Assembly (NCBI GenBank): GCA_963842165.1
Contig: CAWJFK010000005.1
Coordinates: 198,070-262,069, forward strand
DNA: 64,000 nt
Direction of reading: 5' to 3'
From: an uncultured Thermoplasmata archaeon
Lineage (GTDB): Archaea > Thermoplasmatota > Thermoplasmata > Lutacidiplasmatales > UBA184
Positions within the stretch are counted from its first letter, which is position 1, and every line of letters starts with the position of its first letter. Shown here one piece after another: positions 61,101-64,000 of this stretch. Under the pieces are notes generated by a model. It did no database searches. It saw only the letters and a list, made by a program, of their open reading frames with translations, and was not told where the DNA came from. Position numbers and translations under genes: made by a program.

Positions 61101-61492
61101 ATGCTGGACCTCTCGACCTGTCGAGACTCCCACTTCATACCGACTTTGATCATGGACTCCTCTAATAGACCGACTCGGGCTCGACCTGATAGGAACATCG
61201 TGTCAAAGCGGCTTCGGGAACCCGCATCGGGGTGCTGACAACAGCTCAGCGGTCACGCTCCCCTCGTGAGTGTGTGCAAGACTACTTGCACGTCCCCTTG
61301 ACGCGAATTCTTGGCAATGACATGGGCAAGAATCGACGGTACCATGGTTTGGGCTGGCAATCGTCAGGTCTCGCCTTCCTAGCCCTCGCGGCAATTCGTT
61401 AGAAGATTGAGGTGAGCCCCGGCCCACAGCCCAGTGTTCACCGCCCGAATGGGGACGAAGCTTGATATCGCATGCGCGCATGCATTTCTGGC

Positions 61493-61690
61493 ATGGCCGG
61501 AGCCGACACGTCCGTAAGGGTCTCGCGAGAGACGTTGTGCGACCTCGAGCAGCTTCGCTTGGCGTTCCATGTTCGCACGGCCGACGAGACGATTCGCAAG
61601 TTGATCCAAGAACGACGATCGCGTGCCCTGGACCGACTGTTCGGGAGCGCGAAGCGCCTATGCGCCGTTCCGGGAGGAAGACCGTCTTGA
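61493..61690 (+). CDS. Putative VapB-like antitoxin
   Basis: 65-aa ORF MAGADTSVRVSRETLCDLEQLRLAFHVRTADETIRKLIQERR, overlapping the start of the PIN gene. Confidence 0.45.
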   Translation: MAGADTSVRVSRETLCDLEQLRLAFHVRTADETIRKLIQERRSRALDRLFGSAKRLCAVPGGRPS

Positions 61691-62094
61691 TTCTCACTAT
61701 TGACACGTTTGCGTGGGTCGAAATGATGCGGGGCACCCCACTCGGCAATCGAGCCAGGCAGGCTATGAAGGATTGTGATACGTGCGTCACCCCATCCATC
61801 GTGCTGGCTGAGGTGGCCTCCAAGTGCCTACGCCTTGGTCTCGCGGACCCCCTCATACGGGATGAACTCTACGCGATTCACGAAGCCTCGACGATCGTAT
61901 CCATCGACGACTCGATTGCCACCGCGGCTGCCCACGCCACCAAGGAACTCAGGCAGGACAGCCGTACGTCAAAGCTGGGAGACCCTGGCCTTGCAGACGG
62001 GCTGGTTCTCGCCACCGCGCGTGTGCTAGGCGCAAAGTTGCTCACCGGGGATCCCCACTTCCGCGCCTGCGAAGAAACCCTCTGGTTGGCCTAA
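61660..62094 (+). CDS. vapC: PIN-domain VapC-like toxin
   Basis: VLILTIDTFAWVEMMRGT (first acidic residue), IVLAEV, ...LADGLVLATARVLGAKLLTGDPHF (C-terminal Asp). Confidence 0.75.
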   Translation: MRRSGRKTVLILTIDTFAWVEMMRGTPLGNRARQAMKDCDTCVTPSIVLAEVASKCLRLGLADPLIRDELYAIHEASTIVSIDDSIATAAAHATKELRQDSRTSKLGDPGLADGLVLATARVLGAKLLTGDPHFRACEETLWLA

Positions 62095-62221
62095 CCTGGC
62101 GTGGGGAGTGGGATCACTCCGTTGCCACGGTCTAGGGGTGCAACGGACCTTTCACACCCTGCCGAGGAATCATCAACCGCGGCACTCAATAGGATGTTCA
62201 ACGGATACACAAGGGGTCCCG

Positions 62222-62866
62222 CTACCCGGGTTTCTGCTGCCGCCCCAAGTACTCGATTCGAAGGGCCGTGACCCCTTCGGCAAGTGGAATCCTGGGGTGT
62301 TCGTCGATGCGAGAGCCAGCATTCCGAGCGCACTCCAAGAGATGGGGGATACACTCTGGAGGCAGAAGCAGTGTGAACGGGGTCCATAGGGTCCAGGAGT
62401 AGATCACAAGCCGAAACGGTGATGGTTCGGGGCGTCTCGATGGCCCCCCCTTTCTGTTCCTCGAATCGTAGATTGTGAACTTGAGCCTGGCATTCTCCCA
62501 AGGGAATTCGGCTACTTTGTTGTTCGTGTAAGTGACCCGCAAGCCTGCGTTGTTGACGGCAAGTTTACCCGGACTTGGCCCCCTCCAACTCCACCAAGAA
62601 CTTACGAACACAAAGAGTGCTAACGCGCCGAACGCAATCGCAAATACCTCCAGTTCGGGGTAGTAAGTTGACGGCGTGACTTGAGTGCAGCCGCCCTTCG
62701 CGCATACGGTTAGGGTATGGGGTGGGACGAATAGTATGTTGTAGATAAGCTCGGCAGCAAGTACCGCAAATAAAACCCCGACGCCGATGAAGATGTAGGA
62801 ACCCGTCCGATTGAGTCTATGCTTAGGCGCTGCGAGGTCGCGCACGTCGTACTCTCTTGTAACCAT
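62222..62866 (-). CDS. Two-TM membrane protein with a C-terminal domain related to that of 26523-28124
   Basis: TM segments YIFIGVGVLFAVLAAELIYNILFV and VFAIAFGALALFVFVSSWW, then LAVNNAGLRVTYTNNKVAEFPWENARLKFTI. Confidence 0.5.
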   Translation of the reverse strand: MVTREYDVRDLAAPKHRLNRTGSYIFIGVGVLFAVLAAELIYNILFVPPHTLTVCAKGGCTQVTPSTYYPELEVFAIAFGALALFVFVSSWWSWRGPSPGKLAVNNAGLRVTYTNNKVAEFPWENARLKFTIYDSRNRKGGPSRRPEPSPFRLVIYSWTLWTPFTLLLPPECIPHLLECARNAGSRIDEHPRIPLAEGVTALRIEYLGRQQKPG

Positions 62867-63015
62867 TCGGGACTCCGTGCTAGCGTGCGTGGCCCCTTAG
62901 AGGTAAAGGGTGTAATCGACCCTGCAAGCAGGCCCAAGGGGATGGCGGCACCCCCGGCCCAATCCTCCGCGCGCTTCGAGTCGGGATGTGACACCCAAAA
63001 AGGCGGGCGAACGCC

Positions 63016-63336
63016 CTACTTCATCATCGCCGCGCGAGCCTTGGCGATGGCGATGTTGTTCTCGATCGGGGCGGGGAACTTCACGGTCTGATGGACCTCG
63101 AAAGTAACGAACGGAGCCCATTGCTGGGTCAGCATCAGCAACTTCTCGTGCGAGATGTCGCCGCTGATGAAGTATCCTCGGTCGCCCTCGAGAAACGCGT
63201 GGGATTCCTCGAGGTCGCCGCTCTGCACCTGCGACTTGTACAAGGCTACAAAAGCCTCGAACATTTGGGCCTGGACGTTTGGGTCGGGTGGCAGAAGCTC
63301 GCCTCGGAAGTGCCAGAGACCGAAGTAGACGGGCAT
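63016..63336 (-). CDS. Hypothetical protein (106 aa)
   Basis: Clean ATG ORF with protein-like composition. No family recognised. Confidence 0.45.
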   Translation of the reverse strand: MPVYFGLWHFRGELLPPDPNVQAQMFEAFVALYKSQVQSGDLEESHAFLEGDRGYFISGDISHEKLLMLTQQWAPFVTFEVHQTVKFPAPIENNIAIAKARAAMMK

Positions 63337-63475
63337 GCACCCAATACTGGTTCAAGCTACTTAGAACCTCGGCTGCGAAGCACTGGCCGGCGAGCCCCCG
63401 ACCGCTTTCACCCAACCCCGGAATGCTCGCAGTATGGGTCCGATCACCTTAGACTAGTCGAACCCTGTCGGAACC

Positions 63476-64000
63476 CTAGGCCACCGAGATGGCGACGTTG
63501 CCCTTCTTGTGTCCGCTGTCGACATACCGGTGGGCGTCGGGGATCTTCTCGAATAGGTAGATTCGGTCAATGACGGGTCTCAACTTGCCAGCCGCGATCA
63601 GCTCGGTGAGGACTCTCAATTCGTCGACCTTTTCCTTCGAGGACCCAAACACTACTCGCGTGTGCCCTGTCTTCGAGATCCAGGGCCCTCGGATCATGTC
63701 GGATAAACGAGGGTTGGCGAGAAGGCAACAACCGTTCGGCTTTAGCGACCGGAGGAAGTGCGAGAGTGGGATCTTCCCCGTGACATCCAGGATCACGTCG
63801 TAGACCTGGCCGTTCCTCGTGAAGTCCTCTTGGGCGAAATCGATAAGCCGGTCTGCGCCTATCGAACGCACCATCTCCAGTTTGTCCGCGCTGTCCACCG
63901 CTGTTACATCGGCTCTGTAGTACTTGGCGAGTTGGACAGCCATAGTGCCGATGCTTCCGCCCGCGCCGTTGATTAGTACCCTCGCGCCAGGTTGGAGTTT
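63476..64000 (-). CDS. MDR-family NAD(P)-dependent oxidoreductase, N-terminus beyond the window
   Basis: ...GAGGSIGTMAVQLAKYYRADVTAV...GKLRPVIDRIYLFEKIPDAHRYVDSGHKKGNVAISV. The ORF is open to the window end. Confidence 0.8.
   Translation of the reverse strand, partial: KLQPGARVLINGAGGSIGTMAVQLAKYYRADVTAVDSADKLEMVRSIGADRLIDFAQEDFTRNGQVYDVILDVTGKIPLSHFLRSLKPNGCCLLANPRLSDMIRGPWISKTGHTRVVFGSSKEKVDELRVLTELIAAGKLRPVIDRIYLFEKIPDAHRYVDSGHKKGNVAISVA

Overview
GC-rich (about 60% by eye) prokaryotic chromosomal segment with about 65 protein-coding genes. I found no rRNA, tRNA or CRISPR array. The gene content looks archaeal and Thermoplasmatota-like: an HTH_10/Bat-type regulator, a PF01637-like AAA ATPase with a winged helix, a sequon-rich surface protein with the GLPSGTTWSV module, and AT-rich boxes about 30-50 nt upstream of starts. 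This lineage call cannot be proven from this window alone. Main content: (1) Three copies of one 1,709-bp IS1634-family insertion sequence. Copy 1 is cut by the window edge. Copy 2 splits an AAA ATPase gene with a 5-bp TCTGA target duplication, and copy 3 lies 743 bp downstream in the same orientation. (2) Three paralogous class III adenylate cyclase / TolB-like / TPR proteins. (3) Several toxin-antitoxin or abortive-infection modules: HEPN/MNT, AbiEi/AbiEii, HepT/MntA, RelE-like and VapBC. (4) Many small enzyme paralogs: RibD_C/DHFR-like x3, GNAT x4, VOC x2, SRPBCC x2, DinB x2, NTF2/SnoaL x3, DUF1330 x2, MDR x2. (5) Several unassigned membrane and zinc-ribbon proteins. Two window-wide observations stand out. 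First, a 23-24 bp TGCA-box motif (consensus TGCAA-N7-TGCACCCA, partly palindromic) occurs in almost every intergenic spacer, including convergent ones, and shows a marked strand bias. Second, at least 12 otherwise good genes plus all three IS copies carry single-nucleotide frameshifts. That points to either an indel-prone assembly or widespread gene decay.
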